Source of the DNA: Planctomycetota bacterium
GTDB taxonomy: Bacteria; Planctomycetota; B15-G4; JADJEK01
Direction: 5' to 3'
Assembly (NCBI GenBank): GCA_044225365.1
Contig: JBGAIQ010000022.1
Coordinates: forward strand, 27,562-91,561
Length of the DNA: 64,000 bases
The position numbers and the translations under genes were made by a program. Shown here piece after piece: positions 46,275 to 55,976 of the stretch (its first letter is position 1; the number at the start of each line of letters is the position of its first letter). The notes beneath the pieces are model-generated. The model was given only the letters and a program-made list of their open reading frames with translations, was not told where the DNA came from and made no database searches.

Positions 46275-47159
46275 ATGACGATCCTTCTCGACGGCAAGAA
46301 GATCGCGGCCGAGATCGCGGCCGAGCTGAAACCGCGGGTGCTCGCTCTGTGCGACCGTGGCGTCGTGCCGTGCCTCGCGGTCCTCCACTTCGAAGCGTCG
46401 CCGAAGCGGGATGCGTCGCTCGCCTATGCCCGTAACATCGAGCGCGTGAGCGGGAAGGTCGGCGTCGCCTGTCGACTGCATACGCTGCCGGTGAACGCAT
46501 CGATCGCGGGCACCCAGGCGCTCTTGAAGGACCTCGACGCCGACGCGGGCGTGCACGGCATCGTCGTCGGACATCCGCTGCCGCCCCACCTCGACGTCGA
46601 CGCCGTGCTCGAATCGGTCGCGATCGAGAAGGACGTCGACGGAGTCACCCACGAGGACATCGGACGCATGGTGACGGGCGACCCTCGCGCGTTCGGCCCG
46701 TGTACTCCGCGCGCGATCGTGCAGATCCTACGGCGCGGTGGAATCGCCGTTCGCGGTCGGCACGTCGTCGTGCTCGGACGCGGCGCGACCGTCGGGAGGC
46801 CGCTCTCGATCCTGCTCACGCAGAAGGGAGAGTCGGGCGACGCTACCGTGACGCTCTGCCACTCCGCGAGCGGCGACACGACGGAGTACACTCGCCACGC
46901 CGACATCGTGGTCACCGCGATCGGGCGCGCACGAAGTCTGCGTAAGGAGCACGTGAAGGCCGGCGCGGTGATTCTCGATGCGGGCATCAACGTCGAGATC
47001 GAAGCGGGAAAGGAACGCATCGTCGGCGACGCGGACCTTCCGTCGCTTCTCCATCACGCAAGCGCGATCACGCCGGTCCCGGGCGGGGTGGGCCCGGTAA
47101 CGGTGATGGAGATCTTGCGCGCGGTCGTTCGCAGTGCCGAATCCGCCGCGCGTCGTTGA
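46275..47159 (+). CDS. folD: FolD-family methylene-THF dehydrogenase (cyclohydrolase residues substituted)
   Basis: ILLDGK, KDVDG, PCTP, GR...VGRP, ATVT.CH, D.GIN, ITPVPGGVGP.T. Confidence 0.92.
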   Translation: MTILLDGKKIAAEIAAELKPRVLALCDRGVVPCLAVLHFEASPKRDASLAYARNIERVSGKVGVACRLHTLPVNASIAGTQALLKDLDADAGVHGIVVGHPLPPHLDVDAVLESVAIEKDVDGVTHEDIGRMVTGDPRAFGPCTPRAIVQILRRGGIAVRGRHVVVLGRGATVGRPLSILLTQKGESGDATVTLCHSASGDTTEYTRHADIVVTAIGRARSLRKEHVKAGAVILDAGINVEIEAGKERIVGDADLPSLLHHASAITPVPGGVGPVTVMEILRAVVRSAESAARR

Positions 47160-47168
47160 ATCCGCGCG

Positions 47169-50100
47169 TCAGGGAACCGTGACGCCGAACAGGGCAAGTT
47201 CCGACACGCCGTAGTTGCCGTCACCGACTCCAGCGCGCAGGCGCACCTTGGTGCCGATCATGGGCGTCGGGAACTCGTACCTCGCGGTGATGTCCGCGAT
47301 GCCCGGCCGCGCCGTGAGGCCGTTGCCCTCAGCGTCGAAGTTGGGCACGTTCCACAGAGTCTTCCAGGTGTTGCTGGAGGTCTCGAGGACTTCGACGATG
47401 TACGTGTCATTGTCGTCGGCCTGGCAGGTGCCGGAGAAGAACACGACCTTCTTTCCGAGATCGAATTCGATCGTCGGGGTCGGGCTCGACCAGTAGCAGG
47501 CGAAGATCGAGTTCCAGGCGGTGCCGTTCGGCGCGTAGATGCCGTTGTTGAGACCGGTGAGCGAGTTCGCCACCGAGCCCGATCCCGAGACCATGCTCGC
47601 CGGAGTTCCGAGGATGACGTTGCCGACGCTCGTAAGCGTGAGGATGCCTGCGTCGACGGGTCCCGACTTCTCGATCGTGAGCGAGACGACCCCGTAATTG
47701 GTCTGGCCGAAGAAGTCGCCAGCCGCGATGAGGATGAACGTGTTGTTCACCGACGGCACGCTCAGGTTGAACGAGAACGAGCCATCCGGACCGGCGTTCC
47801 CCAGCGTTCCGAACGGCGTCTTGATGAGCGCGTTGGCCGCTGCGATGCCGCCCGAGAATTGGGCGATTCCGAAGATCGTCGTCGAGAAGTTACCGACTCC
47901 CGTCACCGTGCGCACCGCCGGGATGTCCAAGTGCGACGCCGAAACGAACGAGTTTCCTGGCCCGACGGCGGAGACGAGGCCGTCGGCGCTCACGGTCGCG
48001 GCCGCCGGGTTCGACGATCGCCAGGTGGTCCCGAGCGCGCCGGGGGCGGCGTCGATCGGGGTGCTATTCGCGATCGCCGCGGTGAGCGCAAGCGAAGCGG
48101 AACTTCCCACGTTGACGTTCATCGCGGAGCCGATCGTCGTGGAGACCGGCGTCGGCTGCGGAATCCCGTTGAACACGAGACCGAAGTTCGATGCGCCACC
48201 GAGGGCGGAGGTCAACGCGGGCGCACTGTTCGCGAACTGCGAGACCGCAGCCGCGACCGACGTCGCGAGGACTTCGTGCAGCCCGTTGTCGATGGGCAAG
48301 CCATGGATCGCAACGCCATCGCCGGTCGTTCCGAGGGCGATCTGACCGGAGCAGCGCAGCGCGCTCCCTGCGACGCCCGCCGCGCCCGGGAACGTCGCGA
48401 GCACCGCCGCAAGGCCGTCGGCGATCGGCGTGACCTGGACGTCCGGCTGCATTGCGAGCTTTGCAGCGAAGTCGGCACTCGCCGAATCGAACGCCAGCGC
48501 TTCCGGCGCGAGCTCCGCGTTCGCAGTCGCGAGTTGCGTCAGCGCGTCCGCGGCGGGAACGTTCGGTCCGAGCACCGTCGTCAATTTCAGAACGGTCGCG
48601 TCGAGGTCGTCGAGCGCATCGCCACGCGCCTCGAGGATCGAGCCGAGCGATTCGAACAGCACCTTCAGCTGCGTGTCGTACGCGGCCTTCGCGTCGGTTG
48701 CGGCGGTCACGACCGACGCGCCGCATGCGCTCGAGGTCGCCTCCTGGATCGCGAGGGCCCAGCCATCCGCGAGCGAGGCGGCGCCGAGGATGGGCCCGGG
48801 CTTGCCGCCGGCATTACTTGCGAGCAGGATCGCGCTCTCGAGCTTGCCGAGTGTCGCGCGCAACGCCGTCCATTCGGCCGCAGTGATCGTGCTGTCTTGC
48901 GCCGTTTCGGTGAGCTTGGCGTCGAATGCCGTGATCGCGTCGGTCACGGCCGTGCGCGTGGACTCGATCGAAGCCGCATGGGAGACGTCGTGCTCGAGTT
49001 CGTCGCTCGCGACCCCTAGGGTGCGACTGAACGACTGGAGGGCCAGCCCTGCGCAGTCGATTCGCGATCCGATCGCCGTCGGGAGCCACGCGATCGCCGC
49101 GTATCCGGACCTCGTGAGGCCCGCGCCGAGTTCGGTCTGGAACACCTTGCCGTTCGATACGAGATCGCCCGCGATCTCGAAACGCCGCGAATCCGAATTG
49201 AACTGGAGCAGCGTTGCGCGAGTGCCTTCCGGCGCGCCGAGGATGTTCGGGATCTCGATCGGCAACGGCGTGCCGAACTTCATGAGCGGAGGATCGACGA
49301 AGAGCCCGAGGAGCGATCCTCGAGCGTCAGGCAGCGCCACGGGCAGGTCATCGGTGTGCACCGTGGCGACGCTGATCGCCACCGAACCGGCCGCGCCCGG
49401 CACCGTCGTGCCGTTCGCCAAGGTGACCACCGTCGAAGCGGGCAACGTGACCTTGAAGCCATCGATGTTCGCGTGATTGAAGACGACGTCCGCCGCGCCG
49501 TTGTAGGTCTTGCTGCCTTGATCGAGCTGCGGGATGAGGATCGGAGTCGGCAAGACGTTGGACGCACCGCGTGCGAGCGCGAACGAGGCCACGCTCACTC
49601 CGCCGTACTTGAAGGTCGGAGTCACTGCGGTACCGGCGCCCGTCGCACCGATCGCGGAGACCGTCGAACCGTCGATCGCGATGCGAGCGATCCCCGCGTT
49701 CGGAATCGCCGAGATCGTGAAGCGACCATCGATCCCGGTGGCGACCGTGGTGTAGAGCGTTCCGTTGAGGAACACGTTCACCGTCGCGCCGACGAGCGTC
49801 TGCTGCCCCAGGTCGTAGACGACGCCGGTGAGGGACGTCGGCAGCGCGAGCGAGGGCTGGACGCCTCGTGCATCGAAGCTCGCGAATTCGGCGACACCGT
49901 CGACGGAAGCGATCACCCGCTGAGCGCCCGGCGTCTTGCCGAGCCGCCACGCGACCTTCGCAGCGCCCGTGTCGTCGGTCGCGACCGACTGTTCCGATTC
50001 ACCGAGGATCGTCCCGCCACCGGTCAGCACGCGGAAATGAACGGTCGCGCCCTTGATCGGATTCGTCCCGTCCGTCACGCGCGCCACGAGTTGCCGCGGT

Positions 50101-51785
50101 AGTTCGCTTCCCGTGGGTCCGATCTGGATCGAGCCGTCGACCGCCGTGATCGCTTTGGTGGGTGCTTTCGTGGAGAGAAGGGAGAACTCCGCAACGCCCG
50201 TGACGCCGGCGGAACTCACCGACACGCGATTCGTGCCGAATCCCTGGTCGTCGCCGAGTCGATAGAAGAGCGACGCCTGACCGGACGCATCGGTCGCGAT
50301 CAGCACGCGCGACGAGCCCGCGCCGAACCCAGGCGAAGTTCCCAGGGCACCATTCCCACGGCTCACCACGAATTCGACGAGCTTGTTCGCGAACGGTGTC
50401 GCGGTCGCCGTGAGCACCTTCACGATGAGCGGTTGAGCGAGCTCAGTGCCGACCGTGCCCGACTGGCCGTCGCCAGAGATGAGGGAGAGCGAAGGCACGC
50501 TCGAGGTCGTCGCCTTCTTGATCGAGACGTTCTTCGTGACCTGATTGCCGAGTCCATCCTTCGCGATCACGGTGAGGACCGTCGTACCGGTTCCAAAAGC
50601 GATGTTTCGCCGCTCGAACGACCCGTTGCCGCCGTAGCCGACCTCGGCATTGGCCGCGACGCCATTGACCGTGACCGTCACGCCGAGCTCGGGCGTCAGG
50701 CGATCCCCGATGACGCCGGAGACGTTCACCGTCGCTCCCACGAGGGATGCGTTGTTGATCGGCGTCAGGATGTTCAGGATCGGGGGCTCGTTGTCGTTGA
50801 TGACGCGCGCCACGGCGGCGGGGGACCGCGTGCCATTCGCTCCGATCGCGGTCGCGAAGATCACGTTCTCCTGGTTCGCGACGAGCGAAAGGTTCGCGCT
50901 GAAAGCGCCGTCGACGACCGGTGCGACCACGATGTTCGGATCGGCGACGATCTCGACGGACTGAGCGCCTGTGACCGTGCCCGAGACCGTGATCGTCGAG
51001 AGCGTCGTCGCGGCCGGGAGCTTGGCGAGAACCGGTTCGGTGAGGGCGGCGACGAATGGGTCGGTACCGACGTGGATCACGTTGGCGCCGCCCTTCGGGG
51101 GTGCGAGCTTCACACTGCCCGAGAGGAGGAACGTGGGCTGGCTCGGCGCGATCTGATACGTGCCCGTCTCGGGAAGCACGACGTTCTTCAGCGTCGCATG
51201 CTTGTTGAACCCAGAGTACGTCACGTTGTACTTCGTCACGATCTGTCCGCTCGGACCGATCAGCACGTACCACGCATTGAACGGATGAGGCTTGGTCTCG
51301 ATCGTGATCTGTCCGGAGAGCTTGGTGCCGGCGAGCGCGAAGAAGGTCATCGGATCGCCCGCGACCGCGTCGTCCGCGAATTTCGCCGACTTCATCGACT
51401 TCGGGACCTTGCCCGTGAGCGATCCCGTGAATGTGCCGGTCGGTCCCGAGGCACTGCCGCTGACCTCGACCAGGTACTGCCCGCTCGAAGGCGGCACGAA
51501 TTGCGGGAGCGCGGCCGTTCCGCCGGCATCGCTCTCGGCGACTCCGAGGACGTCGGTTCCGCTGGAATCGAGGATTCGAAGGAGCGGGCGCAAGCCGCCC
51601 TGGCCCTTGATGCTGATCGCGGAGTTGATCCCCTGGATCCCCTCGAACGCGAAGGCGACGGACGTGCCCGCCTGGGCGATCGAGCCATCGAACTTCGAAT
51701 TGAGGGGGACGGAGGTGATGGCGCCGGACGATGACGCCGTCATCGCGAGCGTGAACAGGAGACCCGATGCAATGGCTCGGAACAT
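47169..51785 (-). CDS. Very large secreted Ig-rich surface protein (PPC-like, invasin Big_1-like, Big_2, discoidin-like C-terminus)
   Basis: Signal peptide MFRAIASGLLFTLAMTASSSGA. SGDGQSGTVGTELAQPL (Big_1-like), WRSSNPAAATVSADGLVSA (Big_2), and IEFDLG...VSEL discoidin-like end. Confidence 0.8.
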   Translation of the reverse strand: MFRAIASGLLFTLAMTASSSGAITSVPLNSKFDGSIAQAGTSVAFAFEGIQGINSAISIKGQGGLRPLLRILDSSGTDVLGVAESDAGGTAALPQFVPPSSGQYLVEVSGSASGPTGTFTGSLTGKVPKSMKSAKFADDAVAGDPMTFFALAGTKLSGQITIETKPHPFNAWYVLIGPSGQIVTKYNVTYSGFNKHATLKNVVLPETGTYQIAPSQPTFLLSGSVKLAPPKGGANVIHVGTDPFVAALTEPVLAKLPAATTLSTITVSGTVTGAQSVEIVADPNIVVAPVVDGAFSANLSLVANQENVIFATAIGANGTRSPAAVARVINDNEPPILNILTPINNASLVGATVNVSGVIGDRLTPELGVTVTVNGVAANAEVGYGGNGSFERRNIAFGTGTTVLTVIAKDGLGNQVTKNVSIKKATTSSVPSLSLISGDGQSGTVGTELAQPLIVKVLTATATPFANKLVEFVVSRGNGALGTSPGFGAGSSRVLIATDASGQASLFYRLGDDQGFGTNRVSVSSAGVTGVAEFSLLSTKAPTKAITAVDGSIQIGPTGSELPRQLVARVTDGTNPIKGATVHFRVLTGGGTILGESEQSVATDDTGAAKVAWRLGKTPGAQRVIASVDGVAEFASFDARGVQPSLALPTSLTGVVYDLGQQTLVGATVNVFLNGTLYTTVATGIDGRFTISAIPNAGIARIAIDGSTVSAIGATGAGTAVTPTFKYGGVSVASFALARGASNVLPTPILIPQLDQGSKTYNGAADVVFNHANIDGFKVTLPASTVVTLANGTTVPGAAGSVAISVATVHTDDLPVALPDARGSLLGLFVDPPLMKFGTPLPIEIPNILGAPEGTRATLLQFNSDSRRFEIAGDLVSNGKVFQTELGAGLTRSGYAAIAWLPTAIGSRIDCAGLALQSFSRTLGVASDELEHDVSHAASIESTRTAVTDAITAFDAKLTETAQDSTITAAEWTALRATLGKLESAILLASNAGGKPGPILGAASLADGWALAIQEATSSACGASVVTAATDAKAAYDTQLKVLFESLGSILEARGDALDDLDATVLKLTTVLGPNVPAADALTQLATANAELAPEALAFDSASADFAAKLAMQPDVQVTPIADGLAAVLATFPGAAGVAGSALRCSGQIALGTTGDGVAIHGLPIDNGLHEVLATSVAAAVSQFANSAPALTSALGGASNFGLVFNGIPQPTPVSTTIGSAMNVNVGSSASLALTAAIANSTPIDAAPGALGTTWRSSNPAAATVSADGLVSAVGPGNSFVSASHLDIPAVRTVTGVGNFSTTIFGIAQFSGGIAAANALIKTPFGTLGNAGPDGSFSFNLSVPSVNNTFILIAAGDFFGQTNYGVVSLTIEKSGPVDAGILTLTSVGNVILGTPASMVSGSGSVANSLTGLNNGIYAPNGTAWNSIFACYWSSPTPTIEFDLGKKVVFFSGTCQADDNDTYIVEVLETSSNTWKTLWNVPNFDAEGNGLTARPGIADITARYEFPTPMIGTKVRLRAGVGDGNYGVSELALFGVTVP

Positions 51786-51923
51786 CGCGACCCTCCCAGG
51801 AAGCCGATTGGATCGAAAGGACGGTCGACGCTCGCGCCGCACAGGCGCCGGGCAGAAGGCGTTTCGTTCCTATCGATCGCGAAAGAGTAGATCAGGAACG
51901 AGTAAACGCCAAGTCGACAATGC

Positions 51924-53306
51924 TCAAGAAAGCGCGAGCGGCGCATTCGCGTCCGCGAATCGAGACACCGGCACGCCCATCCTCTGAGCCATCGCGAGGA
52001 GCAGGCTCGCCATGGGAGTGTCGCGCTTGCAAATCATGTGACGCCCCGCATCGATCGTGAATCCGCCCCGTCCGCCGAGGACCAGGGGCAGGTCGTGGGG
52101 ATCGTGCGAATTGCCATCGCTGAAGCCGGCACCGAACAACACCATCGAGTGATCGAGGACCGTCCCGTCGCCTTCCTGCCAGCGCTTCAGGCCGCGGAGG
52201 AGGTCGGCGTACCGCTCGACGTGCCAGCGATTGATCCGTGCGTAGGGCTCGAGTTTCTCGGGCCTGTTCTCGTGATGTGAATACTCGTGGAAGCCGCCGC
52301 GCACGCCCTCGAGGAACGAGAAGTTCTGGTTCGTGACCGCATTGCCGAGCATCAGCGTGACGACGCGGGTGACGGACGTCGCGAGCGAGAGAGCCGCGAT
52401 GTCGACGAGCAACGAGACCCTATCGGCGTGCGACAAGGCGTGCGCCGGATCCTCGGCGAGCGCCCGAATCCGCTGGTCGAGGGCCTCGATGCCGAAGGAA
52501 CCGGAGCGTAGCTCGGGAACGAGCGATTCGAGGTGCTTGCGTCCTTGCTCTTCGAACTCGATTCGCCGCTCGACGGCCCGCACCGATTCGAGGTACTCGT
52601 CGAGCTTGCGTTGGTCCGATCTCCCGAGTTCCTTCTTCAGTCGCTCGGCGTCGGCCCGTACGAGGTCGAGAAGGCTCTTCTCCTTGCGGGCCGCGCTCGC
52701 TTTCGGATCGGGCCGGAACAAGCGCTGGAATGCAAGGCGCGGCTCGATCTCGCGAGCGCAGGGCGTCGTTCGCGTGCTCCACGACAGATAGCTGCCGTAT
52801 AGTCGCGTGGTGCTCACGTTCCGATCGATGCCGGCGGTGATCGGTTCGGCGGAGAGCTCGAGCGACGGCAGCAGGTCCTCGCGCCCCACGGTCTGCGCGG
52901 CGAGCTGGTCGATCGAAGTGTTTCCCGAATCGAGGTCGCGTCCGGTCGTACGCCGGATCGTCGTTCCCGTGAGGAAGGCTCCGGTCTTCACGTAATGGCC
53001 ATCGCCGCCGGATGCCGCCGGATGCCACAGGTTCTTCAGGATCGTGATGTCGGCGCGCAGATCTGCGAGTGGAGCGAGCGTCGGCGACAGCTCGAAGTCG
53101 CGGCCTTCGCCCTTCACCGCCCACTGCCCGACGTTCACGCCGTTCGGCTGATAGAGCACGCACATGCGGACCGGCGGGCGAGAAGTTTCACCACGCAGCA
53201 GCCGCGGCGCGATCGACTCGAGCCAGGGCAAAGCGAGCAACGCGCCGCTGCCGCGCAGGAAGCGGCGGCGCGAATGTGCGTTCGGTGCGAACGGCGAAGG
53301 TTCCAC
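51924..53306 (-). CDS. DUF1552 domain protein (Tat-type signal)
   Basis: SRRRFLRG.GALLALPWLES, PNGV, SIDQL.A, SLEL, P..AF.RLF, KLDEYLESVR..E, H..SHH, DG.SH...DLP. Confidence 0.9.
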   Translation of the reverse strand: MEPSPFAPNAHSRRRFLRGSGALLALPWLESIAPRLLRGETSRPPVRMCVLYQPNGVNVGQWAVKGEGRDFELSPTLAPLADLRADITILKNLWHPAASGGDGHYVKTGAFLTGTTIRRTTGRDLDSGNTSIDQLAAQTVGREDLLPSLELSAEPITAGIDRNVSTTRLYGSYLSWSTRTTPCAREIEPRLAFQRLFRPDPKASAARKEKSLLDLVRADAERLKKELGRSDQRKLDEYLESVRAVERRIEFEEQGRKHLESLVPELRSGSFGIEALDQRIRALAEDPAHALSHADRVSLLVDIAALSLATSVTRVVTLMLGNAVTNQNFSFLEGVRGGFHEYSHHENRPEKLEPYARINRWHVERYADLLRGLKRWQEGDGTVLDHSMVLFGAGFSDGNSHDPHDLPLVLGGRGGFTIDAGRHMICKRDTPMASLLLAMAQRMGVPVSRFADANAPLALS

Positions 53307-53354
53307 CCCGCCATTTCACTCCACGGCCGGGGTCGAGGGCAAGAGCGAGCCCCA

Positions 53355-55220
53355 TCAGGCTCCGCGATACCGGAAGGGGAAGCTCTCGACGATCGCGAGG
53401 ATCAGCTCCCGCATCCTCGCGTCGCGGACCATCACCTGTTGCGTGATCGCGTCGACGGCAGGATCGTCGGCCGGCTCGAGCGCACGAGAGAGCGCGTACG
53501 AGAGCATCTTCTCGGTGAGCGCCTTCACGAACGGCCATCGCCGGCTCGTCGCCAGGAACCGCTTGAGGCCGAGCACGCCGTCGATCGCCGTCCCGTCGGG
53601 AAGCTGTCCCAGCGAGTCGACCTTCGCGCCGCCGAGATCATCGCGCCAAGCGCCCACGCAGTCGTAGTTCTCGAGCGCGAACCCGAGCGGGTCCATTCGG
53701 GCGTGGCAGCTCGCGCAGTTCGGATCGGCGCGATGTCGTTCGAGACGCTGGCGCGGCGTAAGGCCGTCGGATTGGTGCTCGTCGGCCGGCAGGAATCCGA
53801 CCGCTGCGGGCGGCGGCGGCGGCGGATCGCCGAGCACTTCGTCGAGCACGAACTTCCCGCGATTCACGGGGCTCGTTCGCAGGGGATACGACGTCGTGAC
53901 GAGGGTCGAACCGAGCGTCAGGATCCCGCCCCGCCGCGGCGTCGTCAGGATGACGCGGCGCATCGCGGTGCCCTTCACGCCCGCGATGCCGTAGTGCGCC
54001 GCGAGTTCTTCGTTGAGGTAGGTGAACGTCGAGTCGACCAGTTCGAACGCACTGCGATCCTCACGCACGATCGCGGAGAAGAAGAGTCGGGCCTCCTCGA
54101 TCATCGCGTCGCGCAGCGAATCGGTGTACGTCGGGTAGCGCTGTCGATCGGGATCGGCGGCGGAGAGGAGGTTGTTGTAGCCGAGCCATTGCGCGGCGAA
54201 ATCGTCGACGAGCGCGGCGGCCCGCGGATCGTCGAGCATGCGCGTCGCTTCGGCGCGAAGCGTCGACGGATCGGACAAGCAGTTCTCGAGCGCAAGGCTC
54301 ACTAATCGATCGTCCGGCACCGACGACCATAGGAACGCCGCGAGTCGCGAAGCGAGCTCGAGATCGCGGATCTGCCAATAGGACTGCCCCGGCGCATCGC
54401 GTTCGACTCGGAAGAGGAAGGACGGCGAGACCAACATCGCGCGCACGGGTTCGCGCAGGGCCGCAACGAAATCTGCGCCGCCGTCGCGGGCCGCGTCGAA
54501 CGTCGCGAGCAGTTCGACGAGTTCGTCGTTCGTCACCGGTCGTCGATACGCGCGCATCGCGTGCGTGGAGACGATCCGCGCGGCCGCGCTGCGATCTTCG
54601 GCGAGGTCCGAGACGTCGGTTCCGAGTGGCTCGAGCAACCTCTCACGCGTCACGCGCTGCGCCGCCGCCGTCGCGGCAGCGAGGTAGCGTTCGAGCTGGA
54701 GCGGAGCGACGAAGAGCGTGTCGGCGACGTTCTGGAAGCCCGCCCCGCCACTGCCGTCGCGTGGGAAATCCCGCGTCAGGTCTTCCTCGACGCCGAACAC
54801 GTCGCGCACGGCATTGCGCCACTCCGACCGCGAGAGCCGCCGCGGCGGAATCCGGCCCGGATCCGCCGGTTTCCGCGGAGCGTCGGCCTTCGATGCCAGT
54901 GCGCGATCGATCCACTCGATCACCGCGCGGCGCTCCGCTTGCGTCGGCTGCGGTTTGGTCTGCGGCGGCATCTCGAGATCGACGATTCGCTTCTCGATGC
55001 CCTTCCACAGCATCGCGTCGCCCTGCGTCGAGGTCTCCGTCGTGAAGCGCCCGAGATCGAGTTCGCCCTTCGCGACGCCGCCACCGTGGCATTCGAAGCA
55101 GTAGCGCTCGAACAATGGGCGCACCGTCGTCGCGAAGCGATCCGCGCCGGACGCGCTCACTCCGCCCGCGAGCACGATCGCGAAGGTGGTGAAGGAGTGC
55201 AGAGCGGATCGAATGCGCAT
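53355..55220 (-). CDS. DUF1592/DUF1588-family protein with cytochrome c domains
   Basis: YCFECH and NCASCH heme motifs, RRLSR.E.RN, SPSFLFR.E, ELASRL..FLWSS.PD, RTSPV.RG, DPLGFALEN.D. Confidence 0.92.
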   Translation of the reverse strand: MRIRSALHSFTTFAIVLAGGVSASGADRFATTVRPLFERYCFECHGGGVAKGELDLGRFTTETSTQGDAMLWKGIEKRIVDLEMPPQTKPQPTQAERRAVIEWIDRALASKADAPRKPADPGRIPPRRLSRSEWRNAVRDVFGVEEDLTRDFPRDGSGGAGFQNVADTLFVAPLQLERYLAAATAAAQRVTRERLLEPLGTDVSDLAEDRSAAARIVSTHAMRAYRRPVTNDELVELLATFDAARDGGADFVAALREPVRAMLVSPSFLFRVERDAPGQSYWQIRDLELASRLAAFLWSSVPDDRLVSLALENCLSDPSTLRAEATRMLDDPRAAALVDDFAAQWLGYNNLLSAADPDRQRYPTYTDSLRDAMIEEARLFFSAIVREDRSAFELVDSTFTYLNEELAAHYGIAGVKGTAMRRVILTTPRRGGILTLGSTLVTTSYPLRTSPVNRGKFVLDEVLGDPPPPPPAAVGFLPADEHQSDGLTPRQRLERHRADPNCASCHARMDPLGFALENYDCVGAWRDDLGGAKVDSLGQLPDGTAIDGVLGLKRFLATSRRWPFVKALTEKMLSYALSRALEPADDPAVDAITQQVMVRDARMRELILAIVESFPFRYRGA

Positions 55221-55320
55221 CGCGAATCCAGGATACGCGAAGGAAGGGGATCGCGCCAAAGCTCGATCGTCGACCCCTGGTTCGTCGGGCCGCACGGCTG
55301 TGCGCCCCGACGAAGGCGTT

Positions 55321-55812
55321 CTAGAGCGTTCCCACTCCGATGAGCGCGAAGACGAGAACCACGACGATCACCGCTTGGCGCGGACCGAATCGTTCGTCCT
55401 CGTTCGAATCGGCGATCGCGGCCATTTCGAGGGCCGCCGCCGCCACGGCCGAGGCGAGGCCGAGGTGCATGCCCACGAGGAACGTCGTGCGCCAGGAAAG
55501 AACGAGCTCCATGTCGCACGGCGAGATTAAATCCACGATGAAGCGAGGTTGGCGAACAGGGGCCATGAAGAGGACGCATCCCCATTCGAGGAGAGCTCCG
55601 ACCACGGCGATCCAAGCATGCGCTCTGCGGGGAATTGGGGGAATCGCGTCTCCGGACGCGATGGCCGCGCCCGCGAGGCCGGTCGCGCACGCCGCGAGCA
55701 AGTCGATGAGGAGGCTCCGGTGATCCTCCGAGTGCAGATTCGACGCCACGACGAAGAGCGCGATCGCGGCGGGTGTCCACGACACGGGCTGACGCAGGAC
55801 CGTTGAGTTCAA
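55321..55812 (-). CDS. Hypothetical small membrane protein
   Basis: TTG start behind GAAGGAAGG. 4-5 hydrophobic segments. Fills the gap upstream of the DUF1592 gene. Confidence 0.45.
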   Translation of the reverse strand: MNSTVLRQPVSWTPAAIALFVVASNLHSEDHRSLLIDLLAACATGLAGAAIASGDAIPPIPRRAHAWIAVVGALLEWGCVLFMAPVRQPRFIVDLISPCDMELVLSWRTTFLVGMHLGLASAVAAAALEMAAIADSNEDERFGPRQAVIVVVLVFALIGVGTL

Positions 55813-55976
55813 TCGGTATTCCCTTCCTTCGGTGGAACGGCGGGCGCACAGCCGGGCGCCCCGACGAATTCAATACAGCCTGACGGGAACGCACGGCCTC
55901 GCGATGTCCTCGCCGTGGGAATGTGATTATGATCGCCGCCCCGCTTCCTTCCCGCCGAATTCCGGAGACGATGCTG

